A DNA stretch of 64,000 bases from positions 1-64,000 of the forward strand of contig NIVC01000629.1 of NCBI GenBank assembly GCA_002269645.1. The letters run 5' to 3'. The translations under genes were made by a program, and so were the position numbers. The notes beneath the pieces are model-generated. The model worked only from the letters and a program-made list of their open reading frames with translations. It searched no databases and was not told the origin of the DNA. Below are positions 1 to 14,672 of the stretch, piece by piece. Position 1 is the first letter of the stretch. Each line of letters opens with the position of its first letter. Source of the stretch: Macrostomum lignano. Its lineage: Eukaryota.

Positions 1-206
1 TGAAATGGGGTTTAAACTCCAAAATGAGTATTTAAACTCTAAAATGAGTGTTTAAGCTCTGAAATGAGTGTTTAATTTCAAGAGGAGTGTTTAAGCTCCA
101 AAAATGGGGGCCAACCCTCCATGCCTCCTTGGCCAGCGCTTGCCTTATAAAGAGGTGACAAAAACTAACAATAGCTACAAGTGGCCAAAGTCAAGAGAGC
201 AATTAC

Positions 207-418
207 CTGGTGGTTCGACTGTTGTTTGAAGCTGCCTGCCCAGTCCATCTGTTCAGTGGCCGGTGATTTTTGTTGTACTGTTTCGGGTCCAGCAGCGCTC
301 CAACGATTCTTTCCTCATCAATTGAATTGTTAACCGCGCAGGTCGCCTCGACAACAAGCAGCAATGATAAGCGGCCTTGCAAAATGAGCAACACCAGCAG
401 CGGACGCATAGTTGACAT
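207..418 (-). CDS. First coding exon of a probable Cys-loop ligand-gated ion channel subunit
   Basis: Hydrophobic signal peptide followed by EERIVGALLDPKQYNKNHRP, matching the N-terminal helix/YNKxxRP motif of Cys-loop receptors. Ends at a CAG|GTAAT donor at 207/206. The rest of the gene is outside the window. Confidence 0.6.
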
Positions 419-1006
419 GCGAATAATTTTCGCTCCGCTGCTGACTCGTTGGAGAAGACAATATCGATTGAAGGGAATCCTACTGTGCGTGCTCTGGGAA
501 TATAAGTATAAAGAGGCTCCGGTCAGCCTTGTACAAGAGACAATGAAGTGCAGTGCCGCTTATGGCTTCAACCATTCAGATTTCTAATGAACTTGTTTAA
601 GCAGACTGTCTTGGTGGCCTCGTGTGGTCCAATCGGTTCACAGAGGTTGCTTAATAAACACATGCCGAATGCCCCCCGGACTTAGCCAATAGGGAGGAAT
701 GCTGACTGTTCATTGAGAGCGCAACCCGGGCTTCCCCCAGTTTTCCCCTCCTATAGACTGATATACAGTGGCTCCTTTCAAGGCGACCAGAACTAGAACT
801 TGGACTAGCAGGTCTTCAGACAATTTTAGGCTGAAAGTTTTCGACAAGTATTGACACTTTTAGTGATCAGGACTAGATATCTACGCCCCCGTAGGCCAGG
901 GAACAAACAAAGAATATAATAATTTTTTTTAAAATAAACCACGTAGCTTTTGACCCCCCTTAAGACTTGATATTTCAGCAATTCCCCAAGTAAGTCTTGA
1001 CATCTT

Positions 1007-1460
1007 GATGGAGTTTCGAGCTTGTGATGGAGTTTCGAGCTTGTGATGGAGTTTCGAGCTTGTGGTGGAGTTTCGAGCTTGTGATGAAGTTTCGAGCTTG
1101 TGATGGAGTTTCGAGCTTGTGATGAAGTTTCGAGCTTGTGATGAAGTTTCGAGCTTGTTGGAGTTTCGAGCTTGTGATGAAGTTTCGAGCTTGTGATGAA
1201 GTTTCGAGCTTGTGATGAAGTTTCGAGCTTGTGATGAAGTTTCGAGCTTGTGATGAAGTTTCGAGCTTGTGGTGGAGTTTCAAGCTTGTGATGAGTTTCA
1301 AGCTTGTGATGAGTTTCGAGCTTGTGATGAAGTTTCGAGCTTGTGATGAAGTTTCAAGCTTGTGATGAAGTTTCGAGCTTGTAAATCGTGATGAAGTTTC
1401 GAGCTTGTAAATCGTGATGAAGTTTCGAGCTTGTGAATCGTGATGAAGTTTCGAGCTTGT
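1007..1460. repeat. 19-bp tandem repeat (GAAGTTTCGAGCTTGTGAT)
   Basis: Directly visible tandem array. Confidence 0.9.
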
Positions 1461-3039
1461 GAAGTCCCTCCCTCGGCTAAAGCGAAAAACCGCAATCAGT
1501 CTACAGTTGTCTACAAATCGATGTGATAGGTAAGAGCTGGTAACTCCAAGTCTAGTTCTAGATCTCCATGGTCCTATATGGATGGGACAAAGAACCCGGT
1601 CTGACAGCTGTAACTAGCTATATGCGGATTGCTTTGGAGGACTGTTACGCCATGGAATGCTAAATCTGCCATCTGGATTGTAACACAGCGTAAGATAAAC
1701 TAGTAGGACAAATGATCATTTATTAAAAAATGCTAATACTAATTATTAATGATTAATTGATAATTAATCATCTCTATATTAAAAAAATTCTAACGTATAT
1801 TCATGAGTGTTTGATGTTTTAGCTTCTGTGTCTGGTAATTCTTCTCTAAACAAAACCGAGTTACGAGCTAAAAGAACTCCTCGGTTTGGGGAGAGCTGGC
1901 CTTGAAAACGGGACAGTCCACAGTCGGGGCGGGATAGGGTTGCGGAGAAGCACGTGACGCATCCATTGAATCGGGTTTGTGTGCTCTGTGCCATCTGGCC
2001 TTGTGTTTGCCCAGCATTGTCTGGCTCTGCAGTTGCCGAGACCGCAACTTTATTGTCACTGTTCTTGTCTTGAGTGATCTGCTGTTCCCGGCCCTCTCAC
2101 TCTCAGAACCATAACTTACTGTGGTACCCTATGACCCCCTGACAGTCTCCGACACTACTGACACTGCAGTAGCTCCCCTGACACTACTGACACTGCAGCT
2201 ATCGATACTAACTCTCCTGACACTACTAACACTGCAGTAACTCCCCTGACATTACTGACACTTATGTAGCCTCCCTGACACTAACTGACACTTTAGAAAC
2301 TTTCCTGACACCGGGCACTTCATTAGCTTTGTGTCAAAGTACAATTGTGCCAATGGATTTCCAAACGAAGCAGTCGCATATAATGGAAAATTTGCCTGAC
2401 TGTGGCTCATTATGTTTTAATTAATTGTTTTAATTTTAGCTAAGATAGATCATAACAAATTTAATTAAACAGCAAACTAAAAACACTTATAGAAACAGTT
2501 CTTTTTAGAAAAAATACGCGAAACAAGCCTACTTATTAAGTAGTGTGTCGCTAGGTTTGCAATTAGTTTAATGGAATAAACAGTCAGATTAATTGCACCT
2601 CCTAGAGTATTCAGATTTGTATAAATCTGAGCACACAGACTATTCAAATAGGATAAGTAGGAGGTGCAAACATGACTACTTAACTTGGTCAGAGTATCCT
2701 ACTCAAATAACCGGGTTGTTGACAAAGGATCAAAATGTTGCGATCAGCTAAGGATATAATGCATTTTAAAAATGGGTAAGAAAAACCAAGACTGAAAATT
2801 CTAAAATCAACCTATCCATCGTTTAGACTGGCTGCAATTTCTGCGAAATAAACATACAAAAATATCAATTTGCTACTGGTTGCCGCACTTCACGCTTAGA
2901 GACAGTATCTGATATAGAGAACTTTGTGTTTCAAGTATCTAGATATATAAACCTGGGGTCGGCAAAGTCTCTCTATACGGCCCTCGGGTTATTTGAAACT
3001 TCACAATAAGCAATCCGGCTCGCTTTGGGTTTAAGTCTC

Positions 3040-3360
3040 TTCTCTCCCCTCCTCTCTTCTCTCTTCTAAGCCCTCTTATCTTCTCTCTTCTCTCTCTTCC
3101 TCTCTTCTCTCTTCTCAGCCCTCTTCTCTTCTCTCTTCTCTCCCTTCCTCTCTTCTCTCTTCTCTCTTCTAACCCCTCTTCTCTTCTCTCTTCTCTCCCC
3201 TCCTCTCTTCTCCCTTTTCTCCTCTCTTCTCTCCCATCTTCTGTCACCTGCATGTTCTCTCATTCATCTCTCATCTCATCTCCTTTCTCTCCTCTCTCAA
3301 ATCTCATCTTTCCTTCCTCTTTTCTCTCTCTCTCTCTCTCCCTTTCCTCTCCTCTCCGCT
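3040..3360. repeat. CT-rich (CTCTT)n low-complexity tract
   Basis: Directly visible. Confidence 0.85.
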
Positions 3361-4261
3361 ATCATCTGGCTGGCAGCCATGAGCCAGATTCTCCATCTGG
3401 CCGTTAAGGTTAGAAAAAATTCCCGACCCCTGACATAAACTATGCTTTGAGAGGCCTCAAGCGCACGCTACAAATTTAATCTATCAAAACGGCATGGCTT
3501 GAATTCTCCGGTTCCTCAGTTTGCACTGGGTGGGGTTGGCGATGAAGGCTCATACGGCTGCTGTACCAACATAAATATTTCTCACCTGGTCTGTCTTACC
3601 TTAAAGCTTAAAATCCCATGGGAATTATTGAGCATAGAGATTGCGCGCCAATGAGTAGCTTGTAAGCGCACTTACAGTATACCCTTCCTCTCCTCCTTTA
3701 CCATGCAGCCACCTTCCCGGGCCTCTCCCTTCCCGCTTCTCCAACTTTCCCATACACCTGACTAGAATGGCGGAGGGTGGGAAGGCGATGGGGGGGGAGA
3801 GACCGGCAGCAGACAATGCTGAGAGCCGTTCTACCATCCCATTGCCTGCTCATTGGTTAACTGCTCACTGCTCAAAACTTCATTGAGTTCAGCGAGGCCC
3901 GCTCAGCCGTCACTCCCGTACCGCCGCCACCCCACAACCTCCCCCTATTCTCCGCGAGTGTCTAACAAAAGCATCTGCCCTAATATCTCAGGACTTTGTC
4001 GCTCAGAACTGTAACCGTAGTGTGTAGGCCAATCCAACATTGTGCAGCTGCTGTTTCTGAAAACAGAATTAGAGTAATAGCTATGCTGGAGTGATCAGCA
4101 AAGAGAAGAAGCAATAATCTGCCACCGCAACAAGCAGGAAGAATAGGTGTGGGCCTCCATTCAGCACTTGAAGAACAGAAGCGGCAATCTCACCCTGGCT
4201 GGTAAGACTGGGAAATTTTGATTTTATTACTTATATTAGTCAGTTAGTTATTTAGGCAGTC

Positions 4262-5298
<1,037 letters not shown>

Positions 5299-5571
5299 GA
5301 TACTTTCGGTACTCATTCTGTATCCTAACGGTTAGCCCTCACGGGCGATAAGTTAAGCACAGAAGCAAAAGAAGATTCGCCACAGACCATCTGGACGGGT
5401 GTGAAAAATGTACATTTGCACTAAATCGATAAAATCAAACAGTTTGACCATAGACATTATTCACAGGCTGCTACTGCAACAAATATATATGAGGCATTTG
5501 GAGTTCTAAAAATGACTAATACGAGTACATAATAAGTATATATTAATCACCTAATTGCTACACAGCCTCTC

Positions 5572-6627
5572 ATGTCCACCATCAATCTGAGCTTTCGATC
5601 GCCAATTTATTCAGCTGCAGCTGGGCACGCTCGACACGACTCGTTGGTGTGGCGGCAGCTGATGAAGCGCTGCCCCGGCCCCGCCCGGCGCCACCTAAAC
5701 CGGATGCGAATTCGCAGCCCGAAGCTCCGGCTGGCACTCGGCCTCCCAGCTCTGCTCCTGACGCTGATGATCGCCTCGCATCTGGCGCACCGGCTGGCCA
5801 AGGAGCTGGAGTTCTTCCCGGCCATACCGATGTTGCCCCTGCACTCGACCGGCGCCAGCGCCAGCGGCCGAGGCATCCCTCCGAGCTTCGTGCACCAGTC
5901 GTGGAAGTCGGCCAGCCTTCCAAACCGGTTCTCTGTCTGGTCGGCCAGCTGGCGCCGCTGCTTCCCGGACTGGCAGCACCGGCTGTGGACGGACGCCGAC
6001 AATGCCGACTTTGTGCGTCGGAAATTTCCCGACTTCTATCCGACTTGGCGCTCGCTGCCGACAAAGATTGAGCGAGTGGACTCTGTCCGGTACCTGTACC
6101 TGTACAGCATGGGCGGCCTGTACGCCGACCTGGACTCGGAGTGCCTGCACCCGTTCCACCACCTGCTGGCCAACTGCAGCGTGGTCCTGGGCTCGATGTC
6201 CGTCGGGTCCGGCTGGACAGCTTGGCGAATGCCGTCCGGCCTTGTGCAGAACTCGCTGATGTACAGCCGGCCGGGCCAGCAGATCTGGCTGGACGCAATC
6301 CAGGAGGTTCAGCGTATCGCCAGCCAGCGCCGGTGGAGTCTGCTGACGGGCAGCTACCCGCTAGAGGAGGACCGCACCGGGCCGCTGATGCTGATGCGGC
6401 TGCTGAAGAGGAACTGGGCAAGCTACAGTGGCTCCGTCTGTCTCTACAGGCCGGAGTTCTTCAACCCGTTTAGCTGGTTCGGCAGTGACCCAGCCTGCCG
6501 GACCCTTAACGGCATGACGGCCGATGAGCTGGAGACCTGCCGCAGGCGCTACAACTCCAGCTACGCCATCCAGTACCACACCCAGGTGTGGCGCCACGGC
6601 AAGTCTAACATGGCCAGGGCGAGCTGA
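5572..6627 (+). CDS. GT32-family (DXD, OCH1/SUR1-like) glycosyltransferase, type II membrane protein
   Basis: 351 aa with an N-terminal TM segment, HQSWK, WTDAD and RVDSVRYLYLYSMGGLYADLD motifs. CDS is intronless. Confidence 0.85.
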   Translation: MSTINLSFRSPIYSAAAGHARHDSLVWRQLMKRCPGPARRHLNRMRIRSPKLRLALGLPALLLTLMIASHLAHRLAKELEFFPAIPMLPLHSTGASASGRGIPPSFVHQSWKSASLPNRFSVWSASWRRCFPDWQHRLWTDADNADFVRRKFPDFYPTWRSLPTKIERVDSVRYLYLYSMGGLYADLDSECLHPFHHLLANCSVVLGSMSVGSGWTAWRMPSGLVQNSLMYSRPGQQIWLDAIQEVQRIASQRRWSLLTGSYPLEEDRTGPLMLMRLLKRNWASYSGSVCLYRPEFFNPFSWFGSDPACRTLNGMTADELETCRRRYNSSYAIQYHTQVWRHGKSNMARAS

Positions 6628-6767
6628 AAACTGAGACATTGCCGATGAAGCCAAAGTGAAATGTGGTGCTTCTCGAATGATTTAAGGGTGCAAGTTTGAT
6701 GGCTTCATTCCAAAATATCTTTTAATAGCAGGGCATTATTGGTCCCTAGACTACAAGTACAGAACAG

Positions 6768-7507
6768 GGTCCTCAATGGGCTCACAGCTACAGTTAATAG
6801 AGGGTCCTCAATGGGCTCACAGCTACAGTTAATAGAGGGTCCCCAATGGACTCAAAGCTACAGATAATAGAGGGTCCTCAATGGGCTCACAGCTACAGTT
6901 AATAGAGGGTCCCCAATAGACTCAAAGCTACAGTTAATAGAGGGTCCCCAATGGACTCAAAGCTACAGATAATAGAGGGCCCTGAATGGACTCAAAGCTA
7001 CAGTTAATAGAGGGTCCCCAATGGACTCAAAGCTGCAGTTAATAGAGGGTCCCCAATGGACTCAAAGCTACAGATAATAGAGGGTCCTCAATGGGCTCAC
7101 AGCTACAGTTAATAGAGGGTCCCCAATAGACTCAAAGCTACAGTTAATAGAGGGTCCCCAATGGACTCAAAGCTACAGATAATAGAGGGCCCTGAATGGA
7201 CTCAAAGCTACAGTTAATAGAGGGTCCCCAATGGACTCAAAGCTGCAGTTAATAGAGGGTCCCCAATGGACTCAAAGCTACAGATAATAGAGGGCCCTGA
7301 ATGGACTCAAAGCTACAGTTAATAGAGGGTCCCCAATGGACTCAAAGCTGCAGTTAATAGAGGGTCCCCAATGGACTCAAAGCTACAGATAATAGAGGGC
7401 CCTGAATGGACTCAAAGCTACAGTTAACAGATTGTCCTCAATGAACTCAAAGCTTCAGTTAATAGAAGGTCCCCAATGGACTCAAAACGACAGTTAATAG
7501 AGGGTCC
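6768..7507. repeat. 35-bp tandem repeat (AGAGGGTCCCCAATGGACTCAAAGCTACAGTTAAT)
   Basis: Units start at 6801, 6836 and so on. Confidence 0.9.
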
Positions 7508-7936
7508 TACGAGCGTAAAAGGGTAAAAATTCAGCTCCTCAAATGGTCACAAGGCCAGTCCTTGAAAATGTGTACAAATTAAGCACAAGCAGTATATCAT
7601 GTAAGAGTCTAAGATCACACATGATTCTGATGCATCCAGTAAAATTCTACATACTTACACAGCTTAACATTTAAAATGAACTCCAGTTTTAAGCATAGCT
7701 CGTACCTGCCCAGATTTTATCCTAAATTCAAATTTGTTCCTTTATAAATTGTTAGTTTCTGTAAAATTTTCTATAAATTCATACACTTCTTATGACTAGT
7801 AATCATAGAGGTGCGGTGCCTTGTCAGGTTATTGATGACGAATAAACAGCATTAATATGTTGAATTGAAATTGTGCTACTTCAAGTTGTGCAAATTCTGA
7901 CTTTTAAAAATACTTGTTCATTTCTTGCTCAATTGT

Positions 7937-10900
7937 GTCTGTTTGAGCTGACTAGACCACTTTAAGTGTCTGTTTGAGCTGACTAGACCACTTCAAGTGT
8001 CTGTTTGAGCTGACTAGACCACTTTAAGTGTCTGTTTGAGCTGACTAGACCACTTCAAGTGTCTGTTTGAGCTAGGCCACTTCAAGTGTCTGTTTGAGCT
8101 GACTAGACCACTTAAGTGTCTGTTTGAGCTAGGCCACTTCAAGTGTCTGTTTGAGCTGACTAGACCACTTCAAGTGTCTGTTTCAGCTGACTAGACCACT
8201 TCAAGTGTCTGTTTGAGCTAGGCCACTTCAAGTGTCTGTTTCAGCTGACTAGCCACTTCAAGTGTCTGTTTCAGCTGACTAGACCACTTCAAGTGTCTGT
8301 TTGAGCTGACTAGACCACTTCAAGTGTCTGTTTGAGCTGACTAGACCACTTCAAGTGTCTGTTTGAGCTGACTAGACCACTTCAAGTGTCTGTTTGAGCT
8401 GACTAGACCACTTCAAGTGTCTGTTTGAGCTGACTAGACCACTTCAAGTGTCTGTTTGAGCTGACTAGACCACTTTAAGTGTCTGTTTGAGCTGACTAGA
8501 CCACTTCAAGTGTCTGTTTGAGCTAGGCCACTTCAAGTGTCTGTTTGAGCTGACTAGACCACTTTAAGTGTCTGTTTGAGCTAGGCCACTTCAAGTGTCT
8601 GTTTGAGCTAGCCACTTCAAGTGTCTGTTTGAGCTGACTAGACCACTTCAAGTGTCTGTTTGAGCTGACTAGACCACTTCAAGTGTCTGTTTGAGCTGAC
8701 TAGACCACTTCAAGTGTCTGTTTGAGCTGACTAGACCACTTCAAGTGTCTGTTTGAGCTGACTAGACCACTTCAAGTGTCTGTTTGAGCTGACTAGACCA
8801 CTTCAAGTGTCTGTTTGAGCTGACTAGACCACTTTAAGTGTCTGTTTGAGCTGACTAGACCACTTCAAGTGTCTGTTTGAGCTAGGCCACTTCAAGTGTC
8901 TGTTTGAGCTGACTAGACCACTTTAAGTGTCTGTTTGAGCTAGGCCACTTCAAGTGTCTGTTTGAGCTAGGCCACTTCAAGTGTCTGTTTGAGCTGACTA
9001 GACCACTTCAAGTGTCTGTTTGAGCTGACTAGACCACTTCAAGTGTCTGTTTGAGCTGACTAGACCACTTCAAGTGTCTGTTTGAGATAGGCCACTTCAA
9101 GTGTCTGTTTGAGCTAGGCCACTTCAAGTGTCTGTTTGAGCTGACTAGACCACTTTAAGTGTCTGTTTGAGCTAGGCCACTTCAAGTGTCTGTTTGAGCT
9201 AGGCCACTTCAAGTGTCTGTTTGAGCTGACTAGACCACTTCAAGTGTCTGTTTGAGCTGACTAGACCACTTCAAGTGTCTGTTTGAGCTGACTAGACCAC
9301 TTCAAGTGTCTGTTTGAGCTGACTAGACCACTTCAAGTGTCTGTTTGAGCTGACTAGACCACTTCAAGTGTCTGTTTGAGCTGACTAGACCACTTTAAGT
9401 GTCTGTTTGAGCTGACTAGACCACTTCAAGTGTCTGTTTGAGCTAGGCCACTTCAAGTGTCTGTTTGAGCTGACTAGACCACTTTAAGTGTCTGTTTGAG
9501 CTAGGCCACTTCAAGTGTCTGTTTGAGCTAGGCCACTTCAAGTGTCTGTTTGAGCTGACTAGACCACTTCAAGTGTCTGTTTGAGCTGACTAGACCACTT
9601 CAAGTGTCTGTTTGAGCTGACTAGACCACTTCAAGTGTCTGTTTGAGCTGACTAGACCACTTTAAGTGTCTGTTTGAGCTGACTAGACCACTTCAAGTGT
9701 CTGTTTGAGCTAGGCCACTTCAAGTGTCTGTTTGAGCTGACTAGACCACTTTAAGTGTCTGTTTGAGCTAGGCCACTTCAAGTGTCTGTTTGAGCTGACT
9801 AGACCACTTCAAGTGTCTGTTTCAGCTGACTAGACCACTTCAAGTGTCTGTTTGAGCTAGGCCACTTCAAGTGTCTGTTTCAGCTGACTAGGCCACTTCA
9901 AGTGTCTGTTTCAGCTGACTAGACCACTTCAAGTGTCTGTTTGAGCTGACTAGACCACTTCAAGTGTCTGTTTGAGCTGACTAGACCACTTCAAGTGTCT
10001 GTTTGAGCTGACTAGACCACTTCAAGTGTCTGTTTGAGCTGACTAGACCACTTCAAGTGTCTGTTTGAGCTGACTAGACCACTTCAAGTGTCTGTTTGAG
10101 CTGACTAGACCACTTTAAGTGTCTGTTTGAGCTGACTAGACCACTTCAAGTGTCTGTTTGAGCTAGGCCACTTCAAGTGTCTGTTTGAGCTGACTAGACC
10201 ACTTTAAGTGTCTGTTTGAGCTAGGCCACTTCAAGTGTCTGTTTGAGCTAGGCCACTTCAAGTGTCTGTTTGAGCTGACTAGACCACTTCAAGTGTCTGT
10301 TTGAGCTGACTAGACCACTTCAAGTGTCTGTTTGAGCTGACTAGACCACTTCAAGTGTCTGTTTGAGATAGGCCACTTCAAGTGTCTGTTTGAGCTAGGC
10401 CACTTCAAGTGTCTGTTTGAGCTGACTAGACCACTTTAAGTGTCTGTTTGAGCTAGGCCACTTCAAGTGTCTGTTTGAGCTAGGCCACTTCAAGTGTCTG
10501 TTTGAGCTGACTAGACCACTTCAAGTGTCTGTTTGAGCTGACTAGACCACTTCAAGTGTCTGTTTGAGCTGACTAGACCACTTCAAGTGTCTGTTTGAGC
10601 TGACTAGACCACTTCAAGTGTCTGTTTGAGCTGACTAGACCACTTCAAGTGTCTGTTTGAGCTGACTAGACCACTTCAAGTGTCTGTTTGAGCTGACTAG
10701 ACCACTTCAAGTGTCTGTTTGAGCTAGGCCACTTCAAGTGTCTGTTTGAGCTGACTAGACCACTTTAAGTGTCTGTTTGAGCTAGGCCACTTCAAGTGTC
10801 TGTTTGAGCTAGGCCACTTCAAGTGTCTGTTTGAGCTGACTAGACCACTTCAAGTGTCTGTTTGAGCTGACTAGACCACTTCAAGTGTCTGTTTGAGCTG

Positions 10901-11507
10901 ACTAGACCACTTCAAGTGTCTGTTTGAGCTGAGACCACTTCAAGTGTCTGTTTGAGCTGACTAGACCACTTCAAGTGTCTGTTTGAGCTGACTAGACCAC
11001 TTCAAGTGTCTGTTTGAGCTAGGCCACTTCAAGTGTCTGTTTGAGCTGACTAGACCACTTCAAGTGTCTGTTTGAGCTGACTAGACCACTTCAAGTGTCT
11101 GTTTGAGCTGACTAGACCACTTCAAGTGTCTGTTTGAGCTGACTAGACCACTTCAAGTGTCTGTTTGAGCTACTAGACCACTTCAAGTGTCTGTTTGAGC
11201 TGACTAGACCACTTCAAGTGTCTGTTTGAGCTGACTAGACCACTTCAAGTGTCTGTTTGAGCTAGGCCACTTCAAGTGTCTGTTTGAGCTGACTAGACCA
11301 CTTCAAGTGTCTGTTTGAGCTGACTAGACCACTTCAAGTGTCTGTTTGAGCTGACTAGACCACTTCAAGTGTCTGTTTGAGCTGACTAGACCACTTCAAG
11401 TGTCTGTTTGAGGCCACTTCAAGTGTCTGTTTGAGCTGACTAGACCACTTTAAGTGGCTTTTTGAGCTGACTAGACCACTTTAAGTGGCTTTTTGAGCTG
11501 ACTAGGC
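7937..11507. repeat. 3.6-kb satellite of 31-bp and 27-bp unit variants (GTGTCTGTTTGAGCTGACTAGACCACTTCAA)
   Basis: Head-to-tail units without spacers. Confidence 0.95.
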
Positions 11508-11802
11508 CAAGCTCAAGATTTCTGCTTGATTCCAGAACCTTAATTCACGCAAGTAACTCATTTAACTTACGTTGTAGTAGACTTAATTTTAGCTATTTTT
11601 GTTCTGATAACCTGTAACTACTGTACTGCTCAGTTATACTGCCAGCTTCATTAAACTTGAGATATACACATGAAACGCAGTTAAATAAATATTTAACTTT
11701 AAGCTGCCGGATGGTCAGCTGCTGACCATGGGCCAACAGCCTTTACTGCTAGTAATTTTTTGGAGTCTATGGTAAAAGAAAAGTTATGAGCTGCACATTA
11801 GG

Positions 11803-12314
11803 CGTTCCTGCCAAGCATGGTCAGCAGCGCTGATCATACGAAGAATGGGTGAAAAATGTCCTACTTATCTGCAATGGAATGCAGCGAGTCGGTTTCAGCA
11901 TTCTCTGTGATGACATCATCAGTCTCAGAATCCGATGTATGCAAAAATATCCATGGTTGTAGCTGATTTACTTTTCAATAAAATGATGCACTACTCGTAT
12001 TAAGGAGGTGCAGTGCTTTCTCTTTCAAAAAGGCCTGTTTGCAGATTTTAAAGCGAACTGTAGTGTCTATTGTTAGATATCGAGTGTACACACTGCATAA
12101 TCTATTCAGAGAGAATTAAGTGAAATGCACTTTGAACTGCTTTTTTCGACCCTAGATTTGTCCAAGCCACAGATTCGGTTTATAGAATCTGTGGTCTAAG
12201 CCAAGTATAGCTCGTGAAATGCTCCATTCTCGGCTAGAAAGGCTTTGCACAGGGGCGCATTAAGATTCTAGCTATGGTCTATGGCCAGCCCTGCTGACCA
12301 TGTCGGCAGGAACG
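11803..12314. mobile_element. Possible degenerate MITE
   Basis: Imperfect ~30-bp inverted repeats (CGTTCCTGCC..CATGGTCAGCAG and CTGCTGACCATGTCGGCAGGAACG). No TSD seen. Confidence 0.3.
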
Positions 12315-12599
12315 GAGCTTTTGTATTTCTAAGCTCCGGCGCGAAAAGGTAGGATTCAGTACAACCGAAACAATGCGATTCCAATTGCATGATATGAATT
12401 TACATACAAAGGAAATCTAAAACATTCAAAACTATCCTCTTGGCTGCAATATATAATCTTTCGCGTGGGTCCATTAGAATTGCCCACGAATGAATCGGCC
12501 TCGCGGGTCTGTGCAGTGCAGTCTCAGATACAGATACTCGGTCAGTCAGTCCAAGGACTAGGAAATAAAATTTATAAAAATGGGACGCCTTATGTTGAA

Positions 12600-12885
12600 G
12601 CCGCCAGTCTCCCAGATCCTCAGTTACTGAGCCTGTCTCTCCAATCTTCAGTTGCTGGGGGAGCCTCTCCAATCCTCAGTTGCTGGGCCAGCCTCTCCAA
12701 TCCTCAGTTGCTGGGCCAGCCTCTCCAATCCTCAGTTGCTGGGCCAGCCTCTCCAATCCTCAGTTGCTGGGCCAGCCTCTCCAATCCTCAGTTTCTGGGC
12801 TGGCCTCCCAGATCCTCAGTTACTAGGTCACAGCCTCCCAGATCCTCAGTTACTAGGTCACAGCCTCCCAGATCCTCATTAGCTG
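12600..12885. repeat. ~30-bp tandem repeat (GCCTCTCCAATCCTCAGTTGCTGGGCCA-like)
   Basis: Directly visible. Confidence 0.8.
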
Positions 12886-13244
12886 GGCAAGTTAGCAGAT
12901 AAAGCAGTAAAAAACCACACGCACAGACACAAGCGGCTTATAACAAAGCAAGTCAGTCAATAGACAGACTGCCGCCAATACCGCAAACGATTAATTAGTT
13001 AACCTGTTTTCCAACTGTACAGCATAACCAAGGCTAAGGCACGCGCGAATCGAATCGAACAGGACAGACATAACATGGATGCGAAAGACAGAGGGAGTAG
13101 ATTTTGAAACGTGCAGTTCGTTCGAATCCAATTACAGACGAGAGAATTGACCCGTATTGCTTTTAGTAATTAATAACAAAAGAAACGTTTTTTTATTTCA
13201 ACTTTATCATTTGATAAATAGTCAATATCACCTTCTGTCAGATT

Positions 13245-13726
13245 CTGTATGACCCAGACTGTGGATTCTGTATGACTCAGACTGAGGATTCTGTATGACC
13301 CAGACTGTAGATTCTGTATGACCCAGACTGGGGATTCTGTATGACACGAACAGGGGAATCTGTATGACCCAGACTGGGGATTCTGTATGACCCAGACTGG
13401 GGATTCTGTATGACACAGACTGGGGATTCTGTATGACCCAGACTGTAGATTCTGTATGACCCAGACTGGGGATTCTGTATGACACGAACAGGGGAATCTG
13501 TATGACCCAGACTGGGGATTCTGTATGACCCAGACTGGGGATTCTGTATGACACAGACTGGGGATTCTGTATAACCCAGACAGGGGATTCTGCATGACCC
13601 AGACTGGGGATTCTGTATGACCCAGATCCTGTAGATTCTGTATGACCCAGACTGGGGATTCTGTATGACCCAGACTAGGGATTCTGGATGACCCAGACTG
13701 GGGATTCTATATGACCCAGACTGGGG
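13245..13726. repeat. 23-bp satellite (CTGGGGATTCTGTATGACCCAGA), left part
   Basis: The same array resumes at 49992, so it is the target of Polinton A. Confidence 0.9.
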
Positions 13727-13966
13727 AGTAGTAGGTAAAAGTACGAGTCTATCCCTGAGAGCACCTATTAAACATACGATTTGAAGGTCTAGTGGGGGGT
13801 ACTAGGGGAAACTTAAAAAAACACAAATAAACACATCTAATCTCCCCAACAATCGAAAAAAACCAAAAACAAAATCTGAATCTAACCCCCTAGTACCCCC
13901 CACAAGACCTTCAAATCGTATGTTTAATAGGTGCACAGTCCTATACGCGTACTTTTACCTACTACT
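13727..13966. repeat. Left terminal repeat of Polinton A with internal inverted copy of the terminus
   Basis: 13727-13745 is inverted at 13948-13966, and further arms pair (about 13763-13809 with 13886-13934). Confidence 0.85.
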
Positions 13967-14066
13967 ACACAACCAACACTTACTAACTCTTCCAACACTT
14001 CCAACACCCACAACTCTTTCTAACCCCCGACCGCGCCGCAGGCGCTTGGGGCACAAAGGCTTTTAT

Positions 14067-14340
14067 CTGATGACTAACACAGGAATTCGGGGTTCTATTC
14101 ACGCTACACACAAACAAGTTTGCATTGCAACAATATAGACGGCTATAGCAAACTTTATTCTATCGCCCGAAGGGTCGCAGACACAGTCTGATGACTAACA
14201 CAGGAATTTCGGGTCTACTCGCGCTACTCACAAACAAGCTCACATCACAACAATAGGGTCGACTATAGTAAACTTCATTTTATCACCCGAAGGGACGCAG
14301 ACACAGTTTATGACTAACACAGGAATTCGGGGTCTTCAAG
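14067..14340. repeat. About 2.3 copies of a 120-121-bp subterminal repeat in Polinton A
   Basis: Units start at 14067, 14188 and 14308 (xTxATGACTAACACAGGAATT). Confidence 0.8.
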
Positions 14341-14672
14341 TGCCCATTCACCCACAGCACGATATTCTGAGCCTTGCATTTTATTCAAACCAAAACGTGA
14401 GGCTAAATTTTTTTTTTGATTTTCGAAAATTTTTTCTCACGTTTTGCTCTCGCCACGTGACTAGAATGGAATGCATGAATTCTTTCTATTATCATGAAAA
14501 TATATATATATATGAGCACCCCAGAGCATGAATTAGCTCACATATTTTATCTTCGCAAATTTTTCTGAGCAAGGTTGTGAGGTTCTTTGAATGCGCTTAT
14601 ATTGTTTTTCAGCTCTATTAGTTCTCTCAATATCTTATCATTAAGCAGCTAGTAAAATGAACGACAAGGAAA

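Noticed and set aside
7937-11507. CRISPR-like array
   Set aside because: Units are head-to-tail with no unique spacers, there are no cas genes, and the context is eukaryotic.
14067-14200. Hammerhead ribozyme (CTGATGA twice)
   Set aside because: No stem II/GAAA core follows, and the third unit lacks the motif.
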